From Schizosaccharomyces osmophilus (Eukaryota): DNA of 64,000 nt. Of the stretch, positions 1-10,629 are shown one piece after another; position 1 is the first letter of the stretch; the number at the start of each line of letters is the position of its first letter. The position numbers were made by a program, and so were the translations under genes. The DNA lies in assembly GCF_027921745.1 (NCBI RefSeq), contig NC_079240.1:558001-622000 (forward strand). The letters run 5' to 3'. A model generated the notes under the pieces. The model was not told where the DNA came from. It was given only the letters and a program-made list of their open reading frames with translations, and ran no database searches.

Positions 1-289
1 ACAGGGTGATCCTGAGCGTGGTCGCACCATTTTTGAAGGATTGTTGAGCAACTATCCAAAACGCTTGGACTTGTGGAATGTCTTGATTGACATGGAAGTC
101 AAGCAAGGTGACACTGCTATCATTCGTCGCCTGTTTGAGCGTGTGCTCGCGTCCAAGCTTTCTACCAAGAAAGCTAAGTTTATTTTTAAGAAATGGTTGA
201 CTTATGAAAAGGAAATTGGCGACAACAAGGGAGTTGACTCAGTTAAACAAAAAGCCTTAGAGTATGTATCTGGAAATCGGGAGGATTAA
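1..289 (+). CDS. rrp5: rRNA biogenesis protein Rrp5, C-terminal HAT/TPR end (5' truncated by the window)
   Basis: Frame open from position 2: QGDPERGRTIFEGLLSNYPKRLDLWNV...KKAKFIFKKWLTYEK...VKQKALEYV, typical Rrp5 C-terminus; lies next to rpl101 as in S. pombe. Confidence 0.93.
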   Translation, partial: QGDPERGRTIFEGLLSNYPKRLDLWNVLIDMEVKQGDTAIIRRLFERVLASKLSTKKAKFIFKKWLTYEKEIGDNKGVDSVKQKALEYVSGNRED

Positions 290-773
290 TCCTTCAATCC
301 AAATTTTTTATCTGGTTTATCAATGTTGATATGACAATTTCACTTTTTTTTGACGGTTTGTCAAAAGAACTATATTGTATCAGAACAATGAGTGATACAT
401 TCAATGGCTTTTTTTGTATGGTTTGGTTTTTTGGAATTAATTTCCTGTAGAACGGATGATAGATTGGGGAAATTTATGGTTAAAAATATATCCCTAAAGT
501 ATTCATTGAAAAAGGTTATTTATCGGATTTAATAAAGATTCTTTCAGGATTAAATTGAAAGGTGAAAAAGTGAATAGCAGAAATATCTTGAAAAAAAGTA
601 AGTTCATCATACCGAGGGCACGAAAAGCAATACAATACCTACAAATGGTAATTCAATTACAGTCATACATTAAGAAAATACTTGAGAAGTACTTTAGCTT
701 TTAATCAAGCGAAATTGATTGCATGTAAGAAAATTATACTATAAAGTGAAACACCAACCCCACATGCCATTTT

Positions 774-1424
774 TTAGTAGAGTCTGAAAGGCTTACCCAT
801 GGTAGACTTGATGACCAAGGAACCAATGTTTTGCCAGCCCTTCTTAAGTAAAGAGACCAAGAAGTTAACGGCAAGCATGATGTTAGAGATCAATTGGTCT
901 TGAGACATCTCAATGTGACCAACGGCAACACCAAGACAAAGAACCTTCTTCAATTGGAACTTGATGGTAGACTTAACTTCGATGATCTTACCGTAGAGAT
1001 CATCGTTGTGAGAGACAGGGGTAGGGAACTTACCAGCCTTGGAGAGACCGGGACCTAACAAACGGGGAATTTGCTTGATGAGGACTTCGGAAGCAACGAA
1101 AGCATCGTACTTCTTAGCCAACTTCTTAACAAGCTTCTTGTTCTTGTTAAGCTTCTTCAAGTCGTCGACGGACATAGCATCAACACCGCCATGCTTAGCA
1201 CGGTCCAAATCGTGGGCATCACCAAGAATGCAGAGAGCCATGTTAGGGCGGGGAACATTGGGCAACTTGATGGTACCAGAGAAACGCTTATCACGCTGGG
1301 GGTCGTAGTTCTTCAAACCAATTTGAAGCTCGACAGTCTCCGTAAAATGGCGTCTCTTCTCTTGAGATCCCTTAAGGATGTGCTCGACATTGGAGCGGAC
1401 CGTCGCAACGCTGACCTTGGACAT
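774..1424 (-). CDS. rpl101: 60S ribosomal protein L1 (uL1/L10a)
   Basis: 216 aa; [22 protein letters not shown] signature; strong codon bias; Homol D/E boxes upstream. Confidence 0.97.
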   Translation of the reverse strand: MSKVSVATVRSNVEHILKGSQEKRRHFTETVELQIGLKNYDPQRDKRFSGTIKLPNVPRPNMALCILGDAHDLDRAKHGGVDAMSVDDLKKLNKNKKLVKKLAKKYDAFVASEVLIKQIPRLLGPGLSKAGKFPTPVSHNDDLYGKIIEVKSTIKFQLKKVLCLGVAVGHIEMSQDQLISNIMLAVNFLVSLLKKGWQNIGSLVIKSTMGKPFRLY

Positions 1425-1500
1425 GGTTCAATGTTGGTGTAGTGCGGGTACGTGAATTAGTCGAATAGAAATTTCACCGTTTCTTTGTGGTCCCAAAAGG

Positions 1501-1537
1501 CAGTCACATATGTAGTAGTAACATGTTAGGGTAGGGT
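1501..1537 (-). promoter_or_regulatory. Homol D (CAGTCACA, 1501-1508) and Homol E (AGGGTAGGGT, 1528-1537) ribosomal-protein promoter elements
   Basis: Exact matches to the fission-yeast RP-gene elements, 77-113 bp upstream of the rpl101 ATG. Confidence 0.9.
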
Positions 1538-1939
1538 GGATGGGAAACAGAGATGCAACGGTACGGTGCAAGGCAGGATAGTGCATTGGGTTAGCGTGCA
1601 GTAAGTATAGATACCGAACTGCAAGGATGTGAAACGAACTAAGGAAATGAGAAGAATGGGTGGTAAAAGATATAGATGAAATGAAAAGGAAAAAGTAAGA
1701 AGCAGTAATAAGAATATTATTGAAAAAAAAATAAATCATGAATGCGAAATCTTTCGAAATTGAAAGGAAAGGATAGGACCACTGAGAACAGGCGATGGAA
1801 AGTCTTTATAGAGGTTTCCAACAAATGTTGCTGTACCTACAAGACGAAGGAGACCGGATGGGGCATATGAAAAGGCTGAAGATTACAGAAAAGACAACAA
1901 GGGAGTCTGTAGGAAGAAATGGAGGAACAATGAGGATCC

Positions 1940-2448
1940 TTAGGATTGGTGCTGATATTTGTTATCTGAAATGAGAAGGTTAATAGAGCAAAAGGACAAT
2001 AAAGACATACCATTGGGGGCAAACGTAGAGTAAGCAGGAGGATGAACGTTGGAATTAGAATGAGAAGCAATGCTCTGATGCGCCGTAGATTCGGGAGCAT
2101 GAATAGAAGAGTATTGACCGTGTTCTATGTCATAGACAGGATAGGAGGGATACTTTAAGACAATGTAAATGGCGTGGATTATTCCAGGGAGACCCAAAGC
2201 GCAAAGACAGATATTGATGAGAAAGCTAAATCGGGTTGTTAGTATATAGCATAGAGTTTACGCCATGTAGAAGCAGTTGTAGAAACAGAACGATCCAACA
2301 GGCATCGAATGCTCAAAACATGGGAGAAAGTGAAGCAATGAAAAACATACTCTGCACTACAAAATCCTCTACGAATACCGACGACAATAAAAGGGACAAA
2401 AATAGAAAGAACAATCAACAGAAAACTCGTCAAGGTGTGGGGCGACAT
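1940..2448 (-). CDS. pmp31: Pmp3-family plasma membrane proteolipid (3 exons, about 112 aa)
   Basis: Exons 2448-2351, 2225-2011, 1965-1940 with GTATGT donors and TAG/CAG acceptors; [55 protein letters not shown] matches the Pmp3 motif. Confidence 0.92.
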
Positions 2449-3157
2449 GATTGTTGCTTGAGACGGTTGTAGAGAAATATCCTAAAGAAATGAAAAGCAA
2501 GATTTGGTACTTTTTTCCAATAGAAAACCGCAATTGATTCAAACAAGCGTTCTTTTCAGGGAATGGGGCTAGGAAAGTGAGACTTTGTAGAAGGACAGAC
2601 CAAGTGACACTGCGAAGGACATGACGAACAGGTAACACAGTAAACAAAAAGCAGTGGATCCAATTCTGTTTTTTGCAACTCCTTTTTGTTTTCTATTCTC
2701 TAGTTAAAATTACAATTGCACGGTAGAGTCCCTAGTGGACCATTTCGGTTTCTCTGATTGGCATTGTGATTCTTTGGATGACAAGCGATGGATGCAATGA
2801 TTCCCAAAAAAGAGCTTCAATATAAATCGATGCATCGCAGAGAAAAATTCTTACCAAAAGCCAGGAACAGGGAATAGGAAAACTTGGTATGTCTGGAAAA
2901 GAACCCTTTCTCTTTTTTTTTTTATTTTCCCCGGGGGGAGGAAGATTTGACAACTACAAACCCGTTATTCGACCAACACACTTGCTTCTTCCAATAAATT
3001 CATAGTGGCTTCTTTTAGACAGAAACGAAGAGTCATAAACAACTAATCATCGATCATTCGCTCCTTCAACCGGGTTTTTTTCCACACATACACAAATCAT
3101 TACATATAGAACTCGAAATCCGTCATATTCTCTAACTATAGATGTAGATATAAAAAA

Positions 3158-3209
3158 GAAATAGAAATAGAAATAGAAATAAAAATAAAAATAAAAGTAG
3201 AAGTAGAAA
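3158..3209 (+). repeat. Degenerate hexamer tandem repeat (GAAATA)4(AAAATA)2 AAAGTA GAAGTA
   Basis: Read directly from the sequence. Confidence 0.85.
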
Positions 3210-4051
3210 CTTGCTATGGAAATCTGCGTCCAAAAGATCCAGCTTTCTTTCTTTTTGTCCCCCGCAAAGGGACCCTCGTTCGCATGGGTTACAATGAAAA
3301 GAAGCGAACTCGTCTAAACAACAATGTGACGTCGATCATGACCTAGCAAAATTTCCCTTGAACAACACGTTTGCCACTTACCTAAAACCAAAATTCTTAG
3401 AAGTAGAGGGTATACTGAGGTTCAGCTCCTAGAAACATTAGAATACGAGGCATAGAAAAGGTATTCTCGGTTTACACGTTGTTTTCGTTCTTCGTTTTCT
3501 ATTTTGTACATTTGTTAGACTCTGGTATTCATTGGCATCTAGGTCTCTGTCTCTGTCTTTGTTGGATCATTGCATTAGTTTCTTTCTTTCAGATTTCCTT
3601 TTTTTAATTTAATAATCTCTTCCTACTGAAACTGGAATCCCTACTCTTTGCGTTAGGTTGTTGCGTTCCACTCCACTCCTTTTTCCAATACTTTCCAGTC
3701 TCGTTAAACTAAGTGAGAGAGAGTGAGGAATTCTCTTTGTTTCCTCCTCCACACTCTCTAGTACTTCCCACCTGCTTTGAATTGCCCTTTGAGACTTTTG
3801 TTTTTTGCTTTTCCTGCTTTCGGGGGTTTTCCTTTGTTTTTTTTTTTATTCTATTTCTTTATTCGTTTCCCATTTCTGCCTTTCGCAACTCTTTTTTTTT
3901 TATATACCACCCTTCTTATAGACACTTCTAGCTTTCTGACGAATTCCTTGTTTGTGTGTTTCTTTTCCTTTACTCTTTTTATTTTATTTTCCATCTCATT
4001 TCGTGACATAAATTTCTTGATTCCCATAGAAAATCAAACAAAAACAAAAGA

Positions 4052-7030
4052 ATGAGTGCTCCTACGAATAATCAAGAAGTTCCCACACAAGGCCATCATG
4101 AGCCACATCACTCTGATGAATTATCACTTCCTGAATATACCAACCAAGACCCCAATCCCCAATATATTCCTGAACAACAAACCATCGAAGAAGATGCTCC
4201 TAATCAGCACGAGTTCGAAAGTGAACTTGAACGTTTGCACTCGAACGAAACTCAAAGGTCAAATTCTGGTCACAATGGTCGCCCTGTATCGACCGCCTAT
4301 TCGACCGCTTCTACTGCCTCTCACATGAGTGTTGAAGATCAGGATCAAATTTTGAATGCAGAAATGTCTGTTCATTCTCAATCTCTTCGTCGTCGTGGCA
4401 CGAACAGAAGCATTCGTAGTTCTATGCGTCGTTCTAAAAGAAGCGCCAGCCGAAAATCAAACAAGTCATCCAAACATGACAACATTGAGGAGGAAAAGTT
4501 TCCCAACCATGATGATGAACACCAATTGGATAATTTCGGTCTTGTTGAGTTCAGTACTGAGTCTGCCATCAGGGCTCCAGACAATCCTATCCATATTTTC
4601 GGAAGAATGTTCCAAGTCATTCAAAGACAAAGTTTTTTCATTCGTTCCATGATTTATATTCTTCCCTTTGCAGTCTTGTTGCTGATTCCCATCTTTATCG
4701 GTCGTTTTTATCACCTCAAAACAAATGACGGGTACAATAATCAGATTCGCTGGATCCATATTGGCGGTGTTCAGTTGATGTGGATGGCTATTTGGTGGGA
4801 AATTATTTGGCTCAGTTTATGGGCTGGTCGCTTTGCTGCAAAGCTACTTCCCTTCATTTTTGCATTTATCGTATCTTTTGTCAGCAACAATGTTACAAAG
4901 TGGAAATGTATGGCAATAGCTTTGGAATTTCCTTTGACATTGTTCCTATGGATGATGGCCTGTTATGTAAGTTTCCTCCCCATCATGACTCGGCACCATG
5001 TCGGGGACGGCGGTGTGTTGGACGTGCAAATGACGGCTCAAGGAAAACGTACTCAGCTACAGTGGGAAAAGAGTGCAAACAATGTTCTGATTTCCCTTTT
5101 TATTTGCTCCATTATGAATTTGGTTGAAAAGTTTTTAATGCAGCTCATTGCAATGTCTCTACACAAACGCCAGTACGAATCTAGAATTTTGTTTAACAAA
5201 TTTGCAATTAACGAGTTGGCTCACCTATACGATTATGCTAGGACTCGCTCCTTTGATTTTAATGATGCCATTCAACGTGCTAAAAAGACTGGTCTCTTCA
5301 ACTTTGCAGAAAAGGACCGTGGTGGAAAGACCGTAAATACTGCAGCTCGAGTTGCTCAGAACGCTTTGAATCAGACAACTTATCGGGCAATGGGTGCTTT
5401 TAATTTCGCTCATGATATGATTAATAAGGTTGCTGGTGAAATTTCTAACCGTGAAATTCAAGGCTCTACGTCCCCCAGAAATGTTGTTCAGCATTTGCTG
5501 AGAACTACTCGAGGCTGTCAGTCGTTAGCTCGTTGTCTGTTTCAAGCTCTGGTGAGACCTGGTAACATTGATATTGTGTATGATGATTTCGTCCCGGTTT
5601 ATAGAAACGAATTTGATGAAGTAGACCAAGAAAAGCTAAACGCATGTTATAATATCTTTGATCGTGATTTGAATGGCGATATTACTTGTGAAGAGATTGA
5701 ACTAGCGATTGTGGAGATTGGAAAGGAACGAAAAATCATATCGGCTTCTCTTCGTGATCTGAATGTATCCATCGGCAAACTAGACGCAATTTGCATGTTT
5801 TTTGTTGCTTTAATTACTTTGTTCATTTTCCTTTACTTGATCGCTCGTAACTTTAGTGGTGTCTTAACTTCTGCCGGTACTTGGTTGTTGGGTCTTTCTT
5901 GGCTCTTTTCTAGCTCTGCAGTTGAATTGCTTAATTCCATCATTTTTGTATTTGTTAAGCACCCTTACGATGTCGGTGACCGAATCAGCGTCTTGATTAA
6001 TGGCGTTGTGACCCCAGCAATGGTGAAAGAAATCGCTATTATGTCTACAGAATTTCGTTTGCTGACAGGTGAAATTGTTCAAGCACCAAACAATTTGCTT
6101 AACACACTATGGATCACGAACATGCGTCGTAGTGATGGGATTTCCGATCCAATCACCGTTAGTCTGAAATTTGGTACTACGTTGCAGCAAATTGAGGCTC
6201 TTCGTGTGAAGCTGATTGACTTCCTAAAAGAGGAAAAACGAGACTACAAGCCGGATTTGCTTACTGAGGTAACTGACTTTCCCAATCTGTACTCCATGTC
6301 CTTGCTTGTAGTTTTTTTCCATAAATATAACTTTCAAGATGAGATTCTGAGAATGAGACGCCGTAACATGTTTATGTGTGCTTTGATGACTTACCTTCAA
6401 GAATTGGATATTGTGTCTCCAATTAACAACGCCCCGGGTAAGACAAAAGAGTCACCTATGTTCATCAACGTTGGCAATGGTGCCGCCGCCTTTGGATCAA
6501 ACCCATTTGATAAAACAAACGGAAATAGACCAAGCGAAGGCCCACACGGAATTTTAAGGAATACCTCTGTACGCCAGCCTGTTCCGGAGGAATCTTCAAG
6601 CTCCACTGACGTAGCTGATATGGAAAGACAACCTAGTAAGAAGCGCGTTGATTTTTCGTTGGGAACTTCTCACATAGTGAGTGCGATGGATGACATTACT
6701 GATATAGGGAGCAGCGATTTAAATCGTGAACGTCTTCCTGACGTTGTTATTGAAAGCGCTGGCACTGATGCTATGCGTCGTGAGACGGAATTACGTAGAC
6801 AACAGCAAGAAGAGGCAGAAGAAGAAGAAGAAGGAGAAGAGAACAAAGAAGAAAATGATGGATCTGAAAGGTCTTCCCGAAGATCTGGTCGCTTCAGTCT
6901 TTCGTCTCGTCGAAACCGCAACTCTGGTCGGGCTAGTGCAAATACTTCGCCGGGTTTACGCAATGTTGCTGTAGACGATATGAGGACTTCTCTGATAGGT
7001 CAAAGTACCACTAGATCTGCCCATCTTTAA
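4052..7030 (+). CDS. msy1: MscS-like mechanosensitive channel with EF-hand
   Basis: 992 aa; several TM helices; EF-hand [12 protein letters not shown]; MscS motif [12 protein letters not shown]; synteny. Confidence 0.93.
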   Translation: MSAPTNNQEVPTQGHHEPHHSDELSLPEYTNQDPNPQYIPEQQTIEEDAPNQHEFESELERLHSNETQRSNSGHNGRPVSTAYSTASTASHMSVEDQDQILNAEMSVHSQSLRRRGTNRSIRSSMRRSKRSASRKSNKSSKHDNIEEEKFPNHDDEHQLDNFGLVEFSTESAIRAPDNPIHIFGRMFQVIQRQSFFIRSMIYILPFAVLLLIPIFIGRFYHLKTNDGYNNQIRWIHIGGVQLMWMAIWWEIIWLSLWAGRFAAKLLPFIFAFIVSFVSNNVTKWKCMAIALEFPLTLFLWMMACYVSFLPIMTRHHVGDGGVLDVQMTAQGKRTQLQWEKSANNVLISLFICSIMNLVEKFLMQLIAMSLHKRQYESRILFNKFAINELAHLYDYARTRSFDFNDAIQRAKKTGLFNFAEKDRGGKTVNTAARVAQNALNQTTYRAMGAFNFAHDMINKVAGEISNREIQGSTSPRNVVQHLLRTTRGCQSLARCLFQALVRPGNIDIVYDDFVPVYRNEFDEVDQEKLNACYNIFDRDLNGDITCEEIELAIVEIGKERKIISASLRDLNVSIGKLDAICMFFVALITLFIFLYLIARNFSGVLTSAGTWLLGLSWLFSSSAVELLNSIIFVFVKHPYDVGDRISVLINGVVTPAMVKEIAIMSTEFRLLTGEIVQAPNNLLNTLWITNMRRSDGISDPITVSLKFGTTLQQIEALRVKLIDFLKEEKRDYKPDLLTEVTDFPNLYSMSLLVVFFHKYNFQDEILRMRRRNMFMCALMTYLQELDIVSPINNAPGKTKESPMFINVGNGAAAFGSNPFDKTNGNRPSEGPHGILRNTSVRQPVPEESSSSTDVADMERQPSKKRVDFSLGTSHIVSAMDDITDIGSSDLNRERLPDVVIESAGTDAMRRETELRRQQQEEAEEEEEGEENKEENDGSERSSRRSGRFSLSSRRNRNSGRASANTSPGLRNVAVDDMRTSLIGQSTTRSAHL

Positions 7031-8010
7031 CTGACTGTCTGACTGAGCTTTATACAATGTGCCTATCCTAACTTATTTCTTAATGAGATCTATGCTTGTA
7101 TTTATTATATTTCTAACAGTTAGGTGTTTAATTTTATTAATTTCTATTTTATTTTTATTTTAAGCCTAACATAAACTAGTTAAAGAAAGAAGGTATCTGT
7201 ACTAGAAATAGCAATTTAAATTTTTAATGCTTATACTTAATTTTTTGGTAAATGGATTCACCGCTCTCGTAACAAGGAGTTTAGAATGTCTATCCTGGAG
7301 AAGGTAAAGTAAGCTAAGCAAGAAGAAATAAAATGGTATTTCACATTGAAGAATTTAAAAGATGGATACATTTTGGCATTGTAAGATGAGATAAGAATTG
7401 ATAATGTGCAAATATTTGATGAACGAAAATGGTAAGTCGTAAATAAACACTCTAATTTAAAAGAGTTCCGACAGCAGAGGCATGGTTCACATAGGTCCTT
7501 TATATAAGTGACTATAGATGGAACATTTGCGATCGTAAATGTCTATACTTAGCTAAAAAGTCAGATTATAAGTCTTTGTCTTTTCAAAGTTGCCTTTTCA
7601 TGATTTGTTTACTTTTTGTAATATTTTAGTCTATAATATAATACAATGGATTTGCATTTTATTAATTTTTTTCAATATTCCATAGGAGAATGTTTATAAG
7701 GCTAAAGAAATGTTATACTACCGTCAAATAAGCATAACGAGGGCACTGACCTGTCATTGACATACTGTCATTGCTTCATGAATGAGACATGCAGAAAGCT
7801 ACTACCAAAACTTTTCAAACTCGCATCTTTGGTTTTAATGGGCAGGTTCTTTTGGGATATTAATTTTTGGTTCAATTAAAGATCCATTCTTTTTTGGGAT
7901 GATTAAAGTGGACCCAGTTTCTACTGACTTTCTTTGGTGATTAAATAGTTGAATTCGTTTAGACTGTAAATATCGGTGCTTTTTTTGTTTTTTGGATTGC
8001 CATTGTAAAA

Positions 8011-8989
8011 ATGAAAAATCTTTATACTCTTGTTTTGGGCTCTAAAGACTCCCCAAACGCTCAATGATGAAAAGTCAGAGAGTTGACCTCCTTCAGATGG
8101 CACACCTCCTCCGTACTCAAATAATTGTGCTTAAATAGAAACAGAAAAGGTCAATCGTTTCATTTTGCTTGAGGTTGGCTGCACTTCCATTAGAAACATG
8201 GCCAACGCCTTTATCCTTTTGTATACAACGAAAAGAATTGCTTCTAATACATCATTAGAATCATACAAATTGATTGACTTGAGTTGGCTGATGGATCACT
8301 CAGAGTTCCGCTGAAGAATCCGCTAAAAATTCTAGGACGGCTTTGGAGCCTTCTGTAGTCCCGTTGTTTATTCTAATTGTTCCAGTAAGCCAAAAGATGC
8401 ATACGTGCATGAACCTGATTATATGCTTTTTAGGAAAAAGCATAGGAAAAGGAAAAAGTGGTATGGGAAGCTCTTTGACTGATATTTTTGGTAATGCACG
8501 CTTTGGAGATTTTTCCTGTCACTATATATTATTAACCTATATAGAATATATAAAAGGAAGAGATGGCACACCCCCAAAATAAGAAATCGTACTTAGTACC
8601 CTTATTGAGCAAAAAACTGAAGTTCGAAGTTTCGTGTCTTTTTCTTCGTGTAGTCTTACTCATAACTTTATATGTTTCTTTCTTGATTTTCGCCCCATCT
8701 TTGGAAGCATCGGTGCTAATGCAGTCCACCAATTTCCAAAGTGTAGATATATTCGCATACAAAAAGAATTACACGCAGCAAGCAAGGATACAATGCATCA
8801 ATAATGCTTTTCGTTTTTATTTGTTCACTCTTTCATGAATCTTTTAGTTTGTTTCGCTTTTCTTCTATGACACTGTTAGCCACATATCGGTTATTTATAT
8901 CACGAATAGAACAACACCTCCTAATGATTATTTTGGTAATTTCACGAAAACTCCTGTCAATAAGAACTGTAACTTCATTCTGGTGCTGA
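8011..8989 (+). pseudogene. Possible decayed PY-motif membrane-protein gene (wtf-like candidate)
   Basis: ATG 8011 MKNLYTLV; after a frameshift ...SDGTPPPYS; splice acceptor at 8544; DGTPPK* followed by hydrophobic segments FLRVVLLITLYVSFLIFAPSL and ASIMLFVFICSLFHES in different frames; stops and frameshifts throughout. Confidence 0.4.
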
Positions 8990-9576
8990 TACATGCATAT
9001 CTTTGATATCTTTGTAAAGAATTTGAAAAAATTCGAATCTTTCTACTCATATATACTACAGCTAAAAGTTTCCTCTAAAGAAAAAATTCTATTTCTAGTT
9101 TATTTTCCATTATGAAATCATCTCCGAAAGGATAATCACATTTTTAAAAACGTCTCTTTCACCTTTTGTTTACATACCATTCGTAATATGTCGCTTCTTT
9201 AGTTTTATGACTTGCTAGTTGTCACAGACGAGATTTCACCTGTTATGAGAAAAAGTATTCAGTGGAAATTAATTTACAGTTTTAAGATGAATTGTATTTG
9301 AATTGGATGATTTAATACTACTAACTTGAAAGAGTAATAGCTTCCAGGGATCTGGTTCACTAAGTAAGTTGTAGACAATATATTCAGCTAGACCAGTCAA
9401 ATCTTCCAACTGGAGATATATATACTTGCTAAAGTAACTAATAAGGCTTTTTATTATTATTATCTTTTTTTCTAATGAAATAATTTTGTTGAAAACTTCC
9501 GTTGTTTACAAATCGTAACAAAGGGATTTGTTTGTATTATTATCATACAATATTTCGGCCTTGACATAATCGATGC

Positions 9577-9656
9577 TTACTAAGAAACGCAAGCATAAAC
9601 AGAGAGAGACATAGATCATTTGATCAGATTACCAATTCGTAGGTTCATTATATAAG
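9577..9656 (+). promoter_or_regulatory. AP-1/Pap1-type site TTACTAA (9577-9583) and TATA box TATATAAG (9649-9656) upstream of the GST
   Basis: Motif matches about 170 and 98 bp upstream of ATG 9747. Confidence 0.5.
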
Positions 9657-9746
9657 TAGTCGCTCTCCTCGGCTCATTTTCAAAGAACTACAAACCGCAA
9701 TACAATTGTATTGAAGCTTCAAAAGTAACCTACAAATAAAGTAAGT

Positions 9747-10370
9747 ATGAGCGAAAGAATGAAATTATACGGGTTTGAATTCTCTGGGCATGTTCATAGA
9801 GTTCGACTTTTACTGTCATTTTTGAAAATTCCATTTGAATGGATCATTATTCAGCCGGCAGACTTAAACTCGGAAGAGATTAGACGACTGAATTCATGGA
9901 AACAGGTTCCCATACTTGTTGACGGGGACACCGTTATATCAGATAGCAATGCCATTATGGTATATTTGGTGAAAAAGTATGGGGATGAAGACTTTTGGTT
10001 GCTCAAAGATCCATTAGCATCTTCTTGGGTACAAAGATGGTTTTCCTATGCTACTGGTGAATTACGTTATGGCCCATCACTTGCTCGAAAGATTTATCTT
10101 TATAAAACGAACGAAGACACAGAGGTTCCCAAACAGATTGCGGCTAAATTATTCGACTTTATGAACAATTATTTAGAAGGAAAGGAATATTTAGTTGGCG
10201 ATCATATTACTCTTGCAGACTTTGCTATGTATTCCTACACGTCGCACGCTCCGGAAGGTTATATTTCTCTACGCCCATATCCCAATGTATTGACATGGTT
10301 GACACGCATCGAGAGCCTTCCTGAATATGTCCCTCTGAATTGGTTCAATCCATCCTTGAAAGATTATTAG
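9747..10370 (+). CDS. Glutathione S-transferase, bacterial-type
   Basis: 207 aa, intronless; MKLYG..SGHVHRVRLLLS, QVPILVDGDTVISDSNAIMVYL, YLVGDHITLADFAMYSYTSHAPEG..LRPYPNVLTWLTRIESLP. Confidence 0.93.
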   Translation: MSERMKLYGFEFSGHVHRVRLLLSFLKIPFEWIIIQPADLNSEEIRRLNSWKQVPILVDGDTVISDSNAIMVYLVKKYGDEDFWLLKDPLASSWVQRWFSYATGELRYGPSLARKIYLYKTNEDTEVPKQIAAKLFDFMNNYLEGKEYLVGDHITLADFAMYSYTSHAPEGYISLRPYPNVLTWLTRIESLPEYVPLNWFNPSLKDY

Positions 10371-10629
10371 TTACGATGACTGCGTTCTTGCAATAAATGA
10401 ATAAATAAACTTGTTCTTATTTAAAGTGTAAATTGAAAGGTCTCCCTGTTACGTATATCAAAGACTACTTCCTACACACGTTCCCTCAGTAAGATTGACG
10501 GCAAGAGCATTAGATCAATTATCCAAATCTCGAATATCTGAACAAGACACAACAACTAGCCGTTTTCGTCGACTGTAATTTAACTTAGGTGTGAGTTTTT
10601 AGAAATTGATTATACAAAAATTCCGGTGA

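Noticed and set aside
1039..1442. Antisense ORFs over rpl101 (also 13681-14175 over rpl1202 and 42076-42564 over rpl2802)
   Set aside because: Shadow frames expected from the strong codon bias of ribosomal-protein genes; no independent coding signal
3713..4055. Phe-rich ORFs upstream of msy1
   Set aside because: Translation of a T-rich leader with non-ATG starts; a compositional artefact
7250..7500. Short reading frames and several GTAAG donors downstream of msy1
   Set aside because: No consistent exon chain or recognisable protein could be assembled
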